NCBI GenBank assembly: GCA_035193785.1
Contig: CP136572.1
Location: 4,596,578-4,660,577 of the forward strand
DNA length: 64,000 nucleotides
Direction of reading: 5' to 3'
Source of the DNA: Planktothrix sp. GU0601_MAG3
GTDB taxonomy: Bacteria; Cyanobacteriota; Cyanobacteriia; Cyanobacteriales; Microcoleaceae
Positions within the stretch are counted from its first letter, which is position 1. Every line of letters begins with the position of its first letter. Shown one piece after another: positions 1 through 11,200 of the stretch. The notes under the pieces are model-generated. The model did not search any database, was not told where the DNA came from, and was given only the letters and a program-made list of their open reading frames with translations. The position numbers and the translations under genes are program-made.

Positions 1-2
1 AA

Positions 3-416
3 ATATTAAGAGATAATGGGTTAACAGAAATTGATCACTGGGATGCAATTATTCAACACTATCAAGGCAATCCCTTCTGGTTAAAAAGTATAGCAAATTT
101 GATGCGGGATTTGGGAGAATGTGACATTGAGGTATTACTGAATGATACTCTATTGTTACCTGAAGATCTGAAAGATAGTTTACAGCAACAGTGCGATCGC
201 TTATCACAAATAGAAAAACAAGTGCTATCTTTATTGGCAAAGGAAAGCTATCCGGTTAATTTAGTTAAACTGTTAGAAAATAGTAAAATTAATTCATCGG
301 ATTTAATTAATGCCCTACAGTCTTTATTAAAACGGTGTTTAATTGAACAAGAAGGGAATTTTTATACTGTTTTACCTTTAATTAAGCAATATATAGAAAG
401 TCTAAATCAGGTATAA
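3..416 (+). CDS. C-terminal part of an NB-ARC/STAND-type ATPase protein (truncated by window start)
   Basis: Frame is open from base 3: ...IIQHYQGNPFWLKSIANL...LQQQCDRLS...ALQSLLKRCLIE, typical of the GxP and winged-helix region of cyanobacterial NB-ARC proteins. Confidence 0.6.
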   Translation: MLRDNGLTEIDHWDAIIQHYQGNPFWLKSIANLMRDLGECDIEVLLNDTLLLPEDLKDSLQQQCDRLSQIEKQVLSLLAKESYPVNLVKLLENSKINSSDLINALQSLLKRCLIEQEGNFYTVLPLIKQYIESLNQV

Positions 417-528
417 ATGATTTATTCAAGATTGCTATAATAACGATATTTATATTAATTTGTCGGAGGTTTTTGGGGTATATTGTCGGGGAGTGGTGCG
501 CGAGATATATCTGACGCACCCTAGAAGT

Positions 529-1705
529 TTAAGGAATAGGAATAAACCGGTTAATGGCGTCTATAAGTTGATCAATTTCTGAGGGGAGGGTAAAGTAATG
601 AACACAAGCTCTAACGCAATTGGGATCGAGGAGTGTTCTCAGGAAAATACCTTGGGTTTCTAAAGTATTAACTAAGGATTTATGGGATTTTATATCGGTG
701 AGTTGAAAAGAAACTAAACCCGCTTCTGGGGGAGAAGTTCTTAAACATTTGATTTGGGGAATTTCTGATAATTTTTGCCATAAATATTCACTATTTTGAC
801 AGATTTGTTGATAACGTTTCTATTGCGGTTCCCCATTGATGATGGAGAGCGATCGCCTGGCGTAAAGCCACATATAATGGATAGGCGGAAGTTGCCACTT
901 CATAGCGTTTTCCATCCGGTGTCCAAGAGATCGGTTTTCCCTGTTCATCCCCCATAATACTGCGCCATCCAATAAAGGTTGGGGACAATTCTGATCGAGA
1001 TTGGGTGCTGACATATAATCCCCCTAATCCATCTGGCCCACAAAACCATTTATGACCCGTAAAGGCATAAAAATCAACCCCAGTTTCTGTTAAGTTGAGG
1101 GGTAAAACTCCTACGGATTGAGCCGCGTCTACTAATACTTTTGTGTTATAATTGTCGTGACAAAGATTAACAATTTCTGTCAAAGGCAATACTTGTCCTG
1201 TATTCCATAAAATATGGCTGATGACTAATAGACGAGTATGGGGTTTTAAATATTCCGCAATTATCCCTACCGGGTCACCTTGGTTTAAGGTTTCTCTCAA
1301 GGGAAAAAACGAAACTTCCAGATCAAAACGACGTTGAATTTCCTGAATAATTGCTAAAATTCCTGGGTGTTCACAATCGGAAATCAACAGATGATCTCCG
1401 GGTTGCCAATCAATTCCCCAGAGGGCAATATTACAGCCTACAGTAACATTTTCGGTGAATGTGAGGGTTTCCGGTGAAATTCCCAATTCCGTAGCCAGCA
1501 AATGGCGAGTCAATTGGGTTTCTTGGTTTTGCCATTGGTTGACTTTCCCCGAAAATGGGCCATGGGATTGCATATATTTATACCCTTCAACAATAGCATC
1601 CATCGATATTTGGGGTAATGGCCCTTGTCCGCCATAATTAAAATAGGCTTTATTGCTTAAGGCGGAAAAATTTTGGCGATGGGTTTCTAGGGAAGGAATT
1701 GTCAT
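529..1705 (-). CDS. L-cysteine/cystine lyase (C-DES), class V PLP aminotransferase fold; +1 frameshift near 818
   Basis: YFNYGGQGP, VDAAQS and FTGHKW (PLP lysine); after repair the frame continues ...PNCVRACVHYFT... to a stop at 529-531. Confidence 0.85.
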
Positions 1706-1830
1706 AATATTGAAGGTTAGTTATTTTTCGTTAAGAAAGACGCTGTAGAAACTTTCCATCGAACGTCTCTACTAAGTTTAATCTGAATAGGATATCTGAT
1801 GTAAAATTAATCATTGACACTCAAATCATC

Positions 1831-3382
1831 ATGTTAATCACCGATAAACAACTGTTACTTTATCAACGCTGTCAGAGGCGGGCATTTTTAGACCGTTATG
1901 GCGATATTTCTCTACAAGATCCGCCGAGTGATTTTTTACTGAAACTAATGCAGGATAGTTTTGCCTATCAGCAGAGTATTTTATCAAATTATCCCTATTC
2001 TAAACTAAATTCTTTTTTTAAAAATTGGGAATTGGGGGCAAAACAAACAACAGAATTAATGCGGCAAGGAGTGGAGAGAATTTATCAAGGAGTTTTGCTA
2101 AAGTCAGAGGTGATTAATTCCTCTAATTTTATCTTAGATGGGTCATCAATAGAATCGGATGAAATGATTCAGATCCGATTAGTAAGTTCTCCTGAATTAT
2201 TAGTTAAACAGCCTGGATCTTCTGAATTTGGGGATTGGATTTATGTCTCCCAGGATATTAAGTTAGGTAAACGTCCTAAACTTGATTATCAAGTTATTTC
2301 TGCGTTTCATGCTTATTTATTAGCAGATATTCAAGGAATACAGCCGGAAACAGGTTGGTTAATTTTACGCGGAAAAGTACCCTACCAGGTGAATTTAGAG
2401 CAACGTTTACCGCAAATGCAGAAGGTTTTAAATGATTATTTAAACATGGTGTTATCTCGTCAAGAACCGGAGGTTTTTATTGCTAGACAAAAATGTAATT
2501 TATGTCAATGGCATAGTTATTGTTTGGGGGAGGCGCGATCGCAAAATCATATTTCTTTAATTCCTGGGGTGACTCCAACCCGTTATTTACGGTTACAAGA
2601 AATTAATTTAACCACCGTTGAAACCTTAGCTAAAGCCACCCCGGAAACAATTAGAAGTTTATCCCGAATTTGCCGAAGGAATTGCCTTACAAATTATCAA
2701 ACAAGCAGAATCAAATTCAGAGAATAAAGCGATTAAACGTCAAGAAGAATTTATCAGTTTTGAATCCAATTTTAATTCTAGCGAATGGATTGAAATTTTC
2801 CAAGATAATTATCAAAATAAATTGAAAAAATTTCCCGTTGAGATTTATTTTGATATTGAAGCCCAACCCGAATTAAACTTAGATTATCTCCATGGAATTT
2901 TAGTGGTAGACAACCGTTCAAATCAACAAAAATTTCATCCATTTTTAGCGGAAAATCAGCACCAAGAGGAATTGATTTGGAAACAGTTTTTAGAATTAGT
3001 TTGGATGTATCCCATCGCCCCTATTTTCCATTTTTGTGACTATGAACCCAAGACCATTAAAAGATTAGCCATGGTCTATAATACCCCTGATTATTGGTGG
3101 AAACCCGTATTAAACCGATTTATTGATCTTCATGCTAAAATGACAGAAACTGTGACCCTTCCCGTGGAAAGTTACGCCCTAAAACCCGTGGCGAAATGGT
3201 TAGGATTTGAATGGCGTGATCCGAAAGCCAATGGTGCTCAATCTGTTTGTTGGTATGAACAATGGTTAAAAACAGGTGATCGGAGTTTATTAAATGCCAT
3301 TGTACAGTATAATGAAGATGATTGTCGGGCTACATTTCATATTAAAGAATGGTTAACAGAGTTTCTCAAAGATTTGATATAA
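1831..3382 (+). CDS. TM0106 family RecB-like nuclease with C-terminal RNase H-like domain; frameshift near 2646
   Basis: YQRCQRRAFLD, DIKLGKRPK, CNLCQWHSYC; C-terminal YFDIEA...SYALK...YNEDDCRAT. Confidence 0.85.
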
Positions 3383-3503
3383 TTTAATTGACAACAAGAA
3401 TTAAAAATTTTTCAAAGAATATAAAACCTATGATTCAAAAACCAATCCCAACACTTTAAAATATCGTAGCCAAACAGCAAAATTCAAAGTATAGATCAAT
3501 TCA

Positions 3504-4631
3504 ATGCGGATTTTTTTATCAATTTTTGGAGTAATTTTAACCTTAACTTTATTTTTGATTTTCAACACCTCTAGTGTGGCGATTTCAACGGTGATTGACT
3601 TTATGGGAAAAGCTAATTTACCCACCGGATTAATGTATAATAACACAGAAGTTGGAGGTCTATCAGGAATTACCTATAACCCAGAACAACAGGTTTACTA
3701 CGCCATATCCGATGACTCCAGCAACAAAAATAAAGCTCGATTTTATACCCTGAATATTGATTTAAGTTCCGGTTCCCTTTCGGAAACGGGGGTAAGTGTA
3801 ATTGGTGTAACTCCGTTATTAACAGAAACCGGAGAAACCTTTACTAAAGATAGTCTTGATCCCGAAGGAATTGCTTTTTCTGGAAATAGTGTTTTTATTG
3901 CTTCGGAGGGGAATTTTTATCAAAATATTCCAGCTTTTATTAAGGAGTTTTCCTTGGAGGGTAAACTATTGAAGTCTTTACCTATTCCTGAAAAATTTAT
4001 GGAGAAGAATGGGAATAAAAATCAAGGACTCCGTTCTAATTTATCCCTAGAAAGTTTAACCATAACACCGGATAAAAACTATCTATTTACAGCTAGTGAA
4101 AATGCCTTAATTCAGGATGGAGAAATAGCGAATTTAGATCGGGGAACTCCTAGTCGAATTTTGCGATATAATCTACAAACAAATCAACCTGATCGAGAGT
4201 TTTTATATCTTACCGATCCCTTAGCCAATTCTTCCTTTATTGCAGAACAGTATAATAGACAGGGTTTAGTTGATTTATTAGCCATTGATGACCAGCATTT
4301 AATTAGTTTAGAACGGTCTTTTTCCTTGGGTTTAGGATATACAATTAAATTATTTTTAGTTAACTTAGAACCAGCCGATAATATTCAAGATTTGGAGAGT
4401 ATAAAACAAGCAAAATCAGCAATTGTACCCGCAGAAAAAACGTTATTACTCAATTTAAAACGTTTAAATATTTTGATCGATAATATAGAAGGATTAACTT
4501 GGGGTTCTCCCTTACCCGAAGGAGGGCGATCGCTCATTCTCATTAGTGATAATAACTTTATGAGTTTACAAACCACCCAAATTATCGCATTAAGAATTAA
4601 TCCCAACGTAGTAAGCCCTTCAGGGCTTTGA
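3504..4631 (+). CDS. Esterase-like activity of phytase family protein (exported)
   Basis: Signal peptide; GGLSGITY, ISDD, DPEGIA, NLSLESL, DNIEGLT, SDNNF. Confidence 0.85.
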   Translation: MRIFLSIFGVILTLTLFLIFNTSSVAISTVIDFMGKANLPTGLMYNNTEVGGLSGITYNPEQQVYYAISDDSSNKNKARFYTLNIDLSSGSLSETGVSVIGVTPLLTETGETFTKDSLDPEGIAFSGNSVFIASEGNFYQNIPAFIKEFSLEGKLLKSLPIPEKFMEKNGNKNQGLRSNLSLESLTITPDKNYLFTASENALIQDGEIANLDRGTPSRILRYNLQTNQPDREFLYLTDPLANSSFIAEQYNRQGLVDLLAIDDQHLISLERSFSLGLGYTIKLFLVNLEPADNIQDLESIKQAKSAIVPAEKTLLLNLKRLNILIDNIEGLTWGSPLPEGGRSLILISDNNFMSLQTTQIIALRINPNVVSPSGL

Positions 4632-4839
4632 GGTCTTGAGGCGTGAACACCTCACTACAAGGGGCTAACGTAGTAAGCCCTTCAGGGCTTTGAGGTCTTG
4701 AGGCGTGAACACCTCACTACAAGGGGCTAACGTAGTAAGCCCTTCAGGGCTTTGAGGTCTTGAGGCGTGAAACGCCTCACTACAAGGGGCTAACGTAGTA
4801 AGCCCTTCAGGGCTTTGAGGCGTGAACACCTCACTACAA
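4605..4839. repeat. Tandem array of four ~62 bp REP/BIME-like units
   Basis: Unit AACGTAGTAAGCCCTTCAGGGCTTTGAGGTCTTGAGGCGTGAACACCTCACTACAAGGGGCT starts at 4605, 4667, 4729 and 4792 (last copy shortened); two hairpins per unit, bounded by GTAG...CTAC. Confidence 0.9.
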
Positions 4840-4867
4840 AGCATAACCAAAGTTTAACCTGGGGGAC

Positions 4868-4898
4868 TTGACAACCGATTGGGGTGATCGGCTATGCT
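4868..4898 (+). promoter_or_regulatory. Sigma70-type promoter of the 6S RNA
   Basis: TTGACA (4868-4873) and TATGCT (4893-4898), 19 nt spacer (long), immediately before the RNA. Confidence 0.55.
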
Positions 4899-4901
4899 TA
4901 G

Positions 4902-5081
4902 GGAAGGAACGTCGGTACTCGGTCTCTGGCTCTTAAATGGAGTAGTCCAGCCCGCCCTTGTCGGGTTTGAGAGGGGATCAACAATCAAACCTCATTGGGG
5001 GTGAAATTCTTCTTTACCTAGCAGGACAACACTTTTTTCGTCGGATTGTTAAGGCTTTTGTGTCGGGTTTGGTGACTTTCC
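4902..5081 (+). ncRNA. ssrS: 6S RNA (cyanobacterial 6Sa/SsaA)
   Basis: ~180 nt rod with complementary ends (GGAAG...CTTTCC); blocks GGTCTCTGGCTCTT, GCCCTTGTCGGGTTTGAGAGG, TTTACCTAGCAGGAC and GGCTTTTGTGTCGGGTTTGGTGACTT match cyanobacterial 6S RNA as recalled. Confidence 0.8.
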
Positions 5082-5085
5082 AAGG

Positions 5086-5103
5086 GCCAGTAGTCGAACT
5101 GGC
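5086..5103 (+). terminator. Hairpin directly after the 6S RNA
   Basis: GCCAGT-AGTCGA-ACTGGC; no strong U tract. Confidence 0.4.
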
Positions 5104-5459
5104 AATATCCATTTAACCTGTGCATAAAGTCAATTAAAAGAACAAAACTTAATTAATTTATTAACCCATTTTTATGAGTGTCTAACTCGATAAAACCTGA
5201 CTATTACTGTGTCACCCACACAGGGCAGAGTTTTATCATCAGCATTAATTTTTAACCCTAGAACTATATCAATTGAAGTCGGTAAACCTCAGTGTTGAGA
5301 TGTTTCCGGCGACGATTGGGTTTAGTTTAGAACTTTCCGTTATTAATATTAATGGAGAAGAATCAAAGGTTGTATTCTTACAACAACCTCAAGTTTTTGG
5401 TACAAATTTTTCAGTTCAAGATTCAGTTAAAACCCTCCGAATATTCGGAACAGTTTGTT

Positions 5460-6444
5460 ATGAATACCTTAATGATTAAATCCTACGAAGGTCAAAAAGA
5501 TTGGTCAGCGATCGCCCATTTATTTAAAGCCTGTCAAACCGTTGATCATCTTAGCGAAGATGAAAGTTTAGCAGAATTAAAATTAGGCCTATCTTCTCCT
5601 AATGTTAATCCTCAAAAAGATATTCGTCTGTGGACAGATACAGAGAATCAACTTTTAGGGTTAATTGGAATTGAAACCCCTAGCCTCTAAACTGGTAATT
5701 GATGGATATTTTGGTCTATATATTCATCCAAGTATCCGATCCAGCAATTTAGGAAAAGAAATGTTGCGCTGGTGTGAAACTCGCCTGCGAGAAATTGGAC
5801 AACAAAAACGACAACCAGTACAACTACGAACCTATACTTTAGAAAACCAAAACCAACAAAATAAACTCCTGAAACAACAAGGATTTAAAGTTGATCGTCA
5901 GTTTATTACTATGGCTAAATCCTTAGAATCTCCCCTATCTATTCCCCAACTTTCCTCGGATTTTAGGTTATCCCATCTGCAAGGAAAACAAGATATTTCT
6001 ACTTGGGTGGATTTATTTAATGAATCCTTTATTGATCATTGGGATCATCATGAATTAACCCTAGAACAAGCCCAATATTGGCACAATCAACCCAACTATC
6101 AACCGGAATTAGATTTAGTTGCCATTGCCCCCGATGGCACCTTTGCAGCCTTCTGTAAAAGTCACTTAAATTCCGATCAAATCGGTTGGATTGAATGGTT
6201 AGGAACTCGACGGGGATTTCGGAAATTAGGCCTAGGAAAAGCCCTGCTATTTGCGGGTTTATCTCAACTCAAAAAAGCCGGAGCAACCACCGCAAAACTA
6301 AGCGTAGATGCCGATAGTTTAACCGGAGCAACTAAGCTCTATGAATCCGTTGGTTTTCAACCCATAACCACTTGGTTATCCTGGGTTAAACCCTTATCCT
6401 GTCAAAATCTCAGCCAACTTTTTCCCCAACAATTCACGGCTTAA
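5460..6444 (+). CDS. Tandem GNAT family N-acetyltransferase; frameshift near 5675
   Basis: IHPSIRSSNLG and GTRRGFRKLGLGKAL acetyl-CoA motifs; LSVDADSLTGATKLYESVGF. Confidence 0.8.
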
Positions 6445-6511
6445 ATCAGGCATATAATAAGTAGAGACGCGCCATAGTACGTCCCTAGTAATTTTTGCTG
6501 GTTTTATTTAG

Positions 6512-6560
6512 ATTTTCCCCTAAAATTCTCTCAATTTTATTGAATATTTTAGGGGAAAAT
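6512..6560. terminator. Long inverted repeat between convergent GNAT and hslO genes
   Basis: ATTTTCCCCTAAAAT...ATTTTAGGGGAAAAT, 15 bp perfect stem. Confidence 0.55.
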
Positions 6561-6595
6561 AAGGAGAGCATTAATTATCAACCCTGAATATCTCT

Positions 6596-7528
6596 TTAAA
6601 ATAAAATTGAATTTTTTCGCACTTCTTCCGGTTCTGGTTTTATGCGTAAATCTTCAATTAATTGGTGGAGATGATCGGAATTAGCCTGATACATTTCTCC
6701 GCAAAATTCACATTTAGCTTCCGCACCGTTATCTTTTTCAATCATATCTTGAAGTTCTTCCGTTCCGAACATTTTTAAAGCCCCTAATACCCGTTCAAAA
6801 GAACAACTACAATCAAAGCGAACTAATTGAGATTCGGGCAGAATTACTAATCCGATATCTCCTAATAATTCTTGCAAAATATCCGGCAGGGTTTTATGCG
6901 CTCTTAATAGGGGAGTAAACCCAGATAAACTGGCAACCCGGGATTCTAATTTAGTAATTAATTCTTCATCCGTTGCCGCTTTTGGTAGGACTTGTAATAA
7001 TAAACCCCCCGCCGCTTGTACTCCTTGTTTATCAACAAATACCCCTAAAATTAAGGCTGAAGGCGTCTGTTCAGAATTGGCTAAATAGTGAGTAATATCA
7101 TCACCAATTTCACCAGAAACTAATTCAACGGTGCTGGTATAGGGATAGCCATAACCCACATCTCGCACCACTCGCACATAACCATTCTGGCCCACGGCCC
7201 CACCAACATCCAATTTGCCCTGGGAATTGGGCGGTAATTCCACCTCGGGGTTGCCCACATAACCCCGGACAGTCCCATTCAAACCCGCATCCACCAAGAC
7301 CCCATCCAATGGCCCATCGCCCTTGATGCGGATATTAACTCGGGATGTGGCCAGCTTCATATTTGACGCCAAGAGCAACCCGGCGGCCATGGTGCGCCCC
7401 AGGGCTGCGGTTGCCACATAGGACAGTTTGTGTCGTTGTCTGGCTTCCTCCGTCAGACGGGTGGTAATCACTCCTACAGCCCGAATTCCGCCCTCTGCCG
7501 CCGTTGCCCGAATCAGTTGATCTGCCAT
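6596..7528 (-). CDS. hslO: Hsp33 redox-regulated chaperone
   Basis: MADQLIRATA, YLANSEQTPS, QAAGGLLLQ, CSCS and CEFC zinc motif. Confidence 0.95.
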   Translation of the reverse strand: MADQLIRATAAEGGIRAVGVITTRLTEEARQRHKLSYVATAALGRTMAAGLLLASNMKLATSRVNIRIKGDGPLDGVLVDAGLNGTVRGYVGNPEVELPPNSQGKLDVGGAVGQNGYVRVVRDVGYGYPYTSTVELVSGEIGDDITHYLANSEQTPSALILGVFVDKQGVQAAGGLLLQVLPKAATDEELITKLESRVASLSGFTPLLRAHKTLPDILQELLGDIGLVILPESQLVRFDCSCSFERVLGALKMFGTEELQDMIEKDNGAEAKCEFCGEMYQANSDHLHQLIEDLRIKPEPEEVRKNSILF

Positions 7529-7658
7529 ATTTACAGTTTTTAACAATTTGTACCTGCTCCCATTTTAATTTTTTCTGGGATCAGGTGTTAGGTGTGGGTC
7601 AAAATTGATTTTTATTTGATATAATCAAAAAACTAACAGTTATTAAAGTAAAATTATT

Positions 7659-8054
7659 ATGCTCGGTACGTTTCAACAAAGTAGTATCCGTATTGAAGTA
7701 AACGCCAAGGAAGCTGATATTCGAGATAGTTTATTGCGTCCGAGTCAGTTGCAAAAATGGTTATGGCCCCAACAGTTTAACCCGGGAATTCCTGAACAAT
7801 TACAACCCGGATTAACCTTTACCAGTTCCCTTGGCCCGGTAAAAATTCAACATTATGTGGATGTCAGTCAACCGAATTGTTTAAGACTGTTATTAAGTCA
7901 CGGAATTGATGGTTTCCATGAGTGGTATTGGGGGGAAGGTTGGGTACAATCTCGTTTAGAAGGGATTTCTATATTACCTTTAAATTTAGGTCAAACTGTC
8001 AGTTTAATCAAGTTACGCGAGTTCCTAGTTAAGAAAAATATCCCGCAAACCTAG
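7659..8054 (+). CDS. Conserved cyanobacterial hypothetical protein (possibly SRPBCC-like)
   Basis: Clean 131 aa ORF with GIDGFHEWYWGEGWVQSRLEG. Confidence 0.65.
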   Translation: MLGTFQQSSIRIEVNAKEADIRDSLLRPSQLQKWLWPQQFNPGIPEQLQPGLTFTSSLGPVKIQHYVDVSQPNCLRLLLSHGIDGFHEWYWGEGWVQSRLEGISILPLNLGQTVSLIKLREFLVKKNIPQT

Positions 8055-8142
8055 GTTTTATAAAATCGATAAAAAGGTTTTAATTCCTAATCCTAAAACC
8101 GCTAACATAAATAATCGCTTGCTCTAAATATTGCTGATATTG

Positions 8143-8159
8143 GGGGCAATTTTTGCCCC
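8143..8159. terminator. Hairpin between convergent genes
   Basis: GGGGCAA-TTT-TTGCCCC. Confidence 0.4.
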
Positions 8160-8292
8160 TATTATGTTTAGAAATTCCCTGTGTCTTTGTGATTAAATTA
8201 GATCTAACCCGTGTCAAAATCACAGCACCAAATACTAGATCGGAATTTTTCCGCTTTCAATTTCTGAGATAGAAATTTTACGGAAAATATTT

Positions 8293-11200
8293 TCAATTTT
8301 GAGACAAAATCAAGTTTAAAATATTCATTTCCTTAGAGTGAAATAGTTGATTTTCATTAAATAAATTTTTACCCAGTTTGTCCATGGAGTTAGTATTAAA
8401 AACTACATAGGGAAGATTTTTATAATTCCCATCAACAGGTAAAATATTATCCGCAGAAGCGAGAGAGTAAACTAAGCGTCTGAGAATATCTTGAAAGGTG
8501 GGAGTTAAGCATTTGCGATCGCTTAAAAAATACTCCTCTAATTCAGAAAAGGTTAAAAAAGTTTGAATGGGAAAAGCATAATAGCGATCGCAACTTTTCG
8601 AGGTTTGTATGACTTGTTGCGATCGCTCTTTAACCTCAAATAAATTGTAGACTAATTCCAAAGCAGAAGACACCAGTGTCTGAATTTGTTTGGGGTAATT
8701 TCCCTTTACTAAACCCCAGAGTTGTTTGAGAAAATCGCTATTTTCTAAAGCAATAATCCGAGATAAATCAATATAATTAATTTCCTTCACCGTTTTTTCA
8801 GATAAGGGAATAATCAATAAACTTCCGCGCACATAGGTTTTTTCTAAAGGAGGAAGATCCAAAAATTGATCTAAACTTTTTTCCAATTTGGATAAAATTT
8901 CCCATCCCAAAGATAAATAAGATACTTCCTGTTGAGTTTTAGAGGTGACAGCAGGACGATAAATTTCTATTTTTTGAGCGGATAATAAATTTAATAATCC
9001 TTGGGAAATCTCCTTTAAGCGTTGATCTTGACGACACTTTTTCGACTCTTTTTGTAATTCCTGATATAGAGTTACCATTGACCCCAAAAAACTATCTCCT
9101 CCTTGTTTAATCGACTTTCCCCCAATCGGAATCATCACATAACTTTGAAATCCAATTTGACCCGATCCCATAATTCGAGTCATAATTGATGCTTTTAAAA
9201 TAATCAGAATATTCAACGCACTTAAACAGGATTCTTGTAAGGAAATTTTGGCTAATTCCTGAGATTCTGCTGGAGATAAGGGGTGATTATCTTGATCAAC
9301 TTTAGGGGTAAAATAGATCGCTTTATCCGATAGATAAAACTTAATGAATTTTTCCCCTTGATCTAAACTTCCCCCGCGACCTCTATAGATCACTTGAATA
9401 ATTTCCATTAAATTTTGTTCGATTTGAAACCCAGGAATTTCTACTAAAATATATCGGGTATTTGGGAAGGATAAACCGCGAGATGCGGAAGCGGTCATAA
9501 AAATAACATTAACGCTATCCTTGAATTGTTGAATATTGGCGATTTCCTTCTCAGAAAGACTCGCATGAATTTCTAAATAATCTTTTTCTACTTCAAACTT
9601 AGGGAGTTGCTTCGCAATTAGATCTATCAGTTTTTTGAGTTTATCCTTATTTTGAATATAAACAATAATTTGACCTTGATTTTGATTTAACCGTTGCAAA
9701 ATATCGCTTTTAATCCTATCAATCATTTGATTAATTAAGGTTGAATCATCTTCGTTATTCTCTTGGTCATTGACGGAGTGAATCAAAACCTGATAATCTA
9801 TTGTTAATTGGGAAGCGGGATAGGAATTTGCATTAATTAAAGTTGCTGGATATTGATTTAAAAATTTAAACTGATCTACCCATAAACACTGTTGCTGGGT
9901 TGGGGAAACCTGTCGAACAAAAATTTTATCCGCTTGGACATTTTGATCGGATAAATGACTTTCCACCACATCCTTTAAGGTTAAAGAAGCATCCGCAGTA
10001 ATCACTTTAATATTAAACCCATAATCAGGATTTAATAAGTCGTATTCTTGAATAAAATTTGTAATTCCATGCAAAAAAGCAACCCCTTCCGGTGATCCAG
10101 TAATTTCATCAATCATAATAAAAATATTTCTCATCCGTTGCGATAGCAGTTTGATTTTTTCAGGAATGACACGACGGGTAGAAGAATTATAAACACTACT
10201 AAAAATTCGCTTTAAATGTTTTAATGTATTTCCTGATCGGGTTTCTTTTAGTGCTTGAATTGATGCGGTCGCAATAATATTATTGGGAAATTGATCAGGA
10301 TGAATTAAACAAGTATGAATTGCTTCCGATAAACTCGCTAAAACTCCCGCTTGATTTCGCGGTTTTACTTCTGAAACTTCTTCGGAATTTCGCGAAACTC
10401 GTTGAGAAGATTTCAATTGATAATCTCGCTCTAAACTAGCATTTAAAAACCTAACTTTTCCGATTTCCACGTCTTCGGAAAATCGATGATAATAAGATTC
10501 AACCGCACAACCGCCTTTTTGATCATTTAAAATCATCGCATTGGTATTTAAACAAATAATATTATCGTTTAATTGATGGGTAACAGGATCGCGAAATTTT
10601 TCGATAATATCCCGATTGACTTGAATCCGAGGACTGACATAAAATAATAGTGTTCCTACTTCTAAATGGTGTAAAATATAGTTAGCAATAGCTGTGGTTT
10701 TACCAATTCCTGGGTTTCCGGTTAGGAATAAATAGGGAATTTGGGGGTCGGAGAGCGATCGCTGAATTAACTCAGCATGGGCGTCTCTTAGAGATAGGTT
10801 GGGTTGGGTTAAATTAAGTGATCGCTGTAGGGTTTCAGGAATAGTATCAGCAGTATTAAAAAAGTCTAATTCCCTGACTTTTAAGACTTCTTGATGAGTG
10901 ATAGGTGTAATTTGATTTGGTTTTGTTTCTATAATTGCTTCCACCAAGTTACCCCCATTTTTAAAACTTTTGGACGCATTACTTTTGATCACATTTAAAA
11001 CCTTTTTACGATTTTCTGAAATGTTAATTTTGAGTTTATGGCGATAGATCTCATAACAGGTTTTTAGAATCTTTAATGGGGTTTCTGCTGGGGATGAATC
11101 GCTGCTAAGGGAAATTCCGTTAATTAGGCGATCGCTATATCCAAAACAGTTAAATTTTACGATATCACTGGATTTCAAATAGCAATTTTTTAACAAAAAA

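Noticed and set aside
1831..3382. TM0106 nuclease as part of the putative Argonaute-like system
   Set aside because: About 5 kb away, separated by housekeeping genes, and a widespread cyanobacterial gene
4605..4839. Possible CRISPR array
   Set aside because: Units are near-identical end to end with no unique spacers, and no cas genes are in the window
5084..5110. tRNA-like 5' half (GGGCCAGTAGTCGAACTGGCAA)
   Set aside because: No anticodon or T arm follows; better explained as the hairpin after 6S RNA
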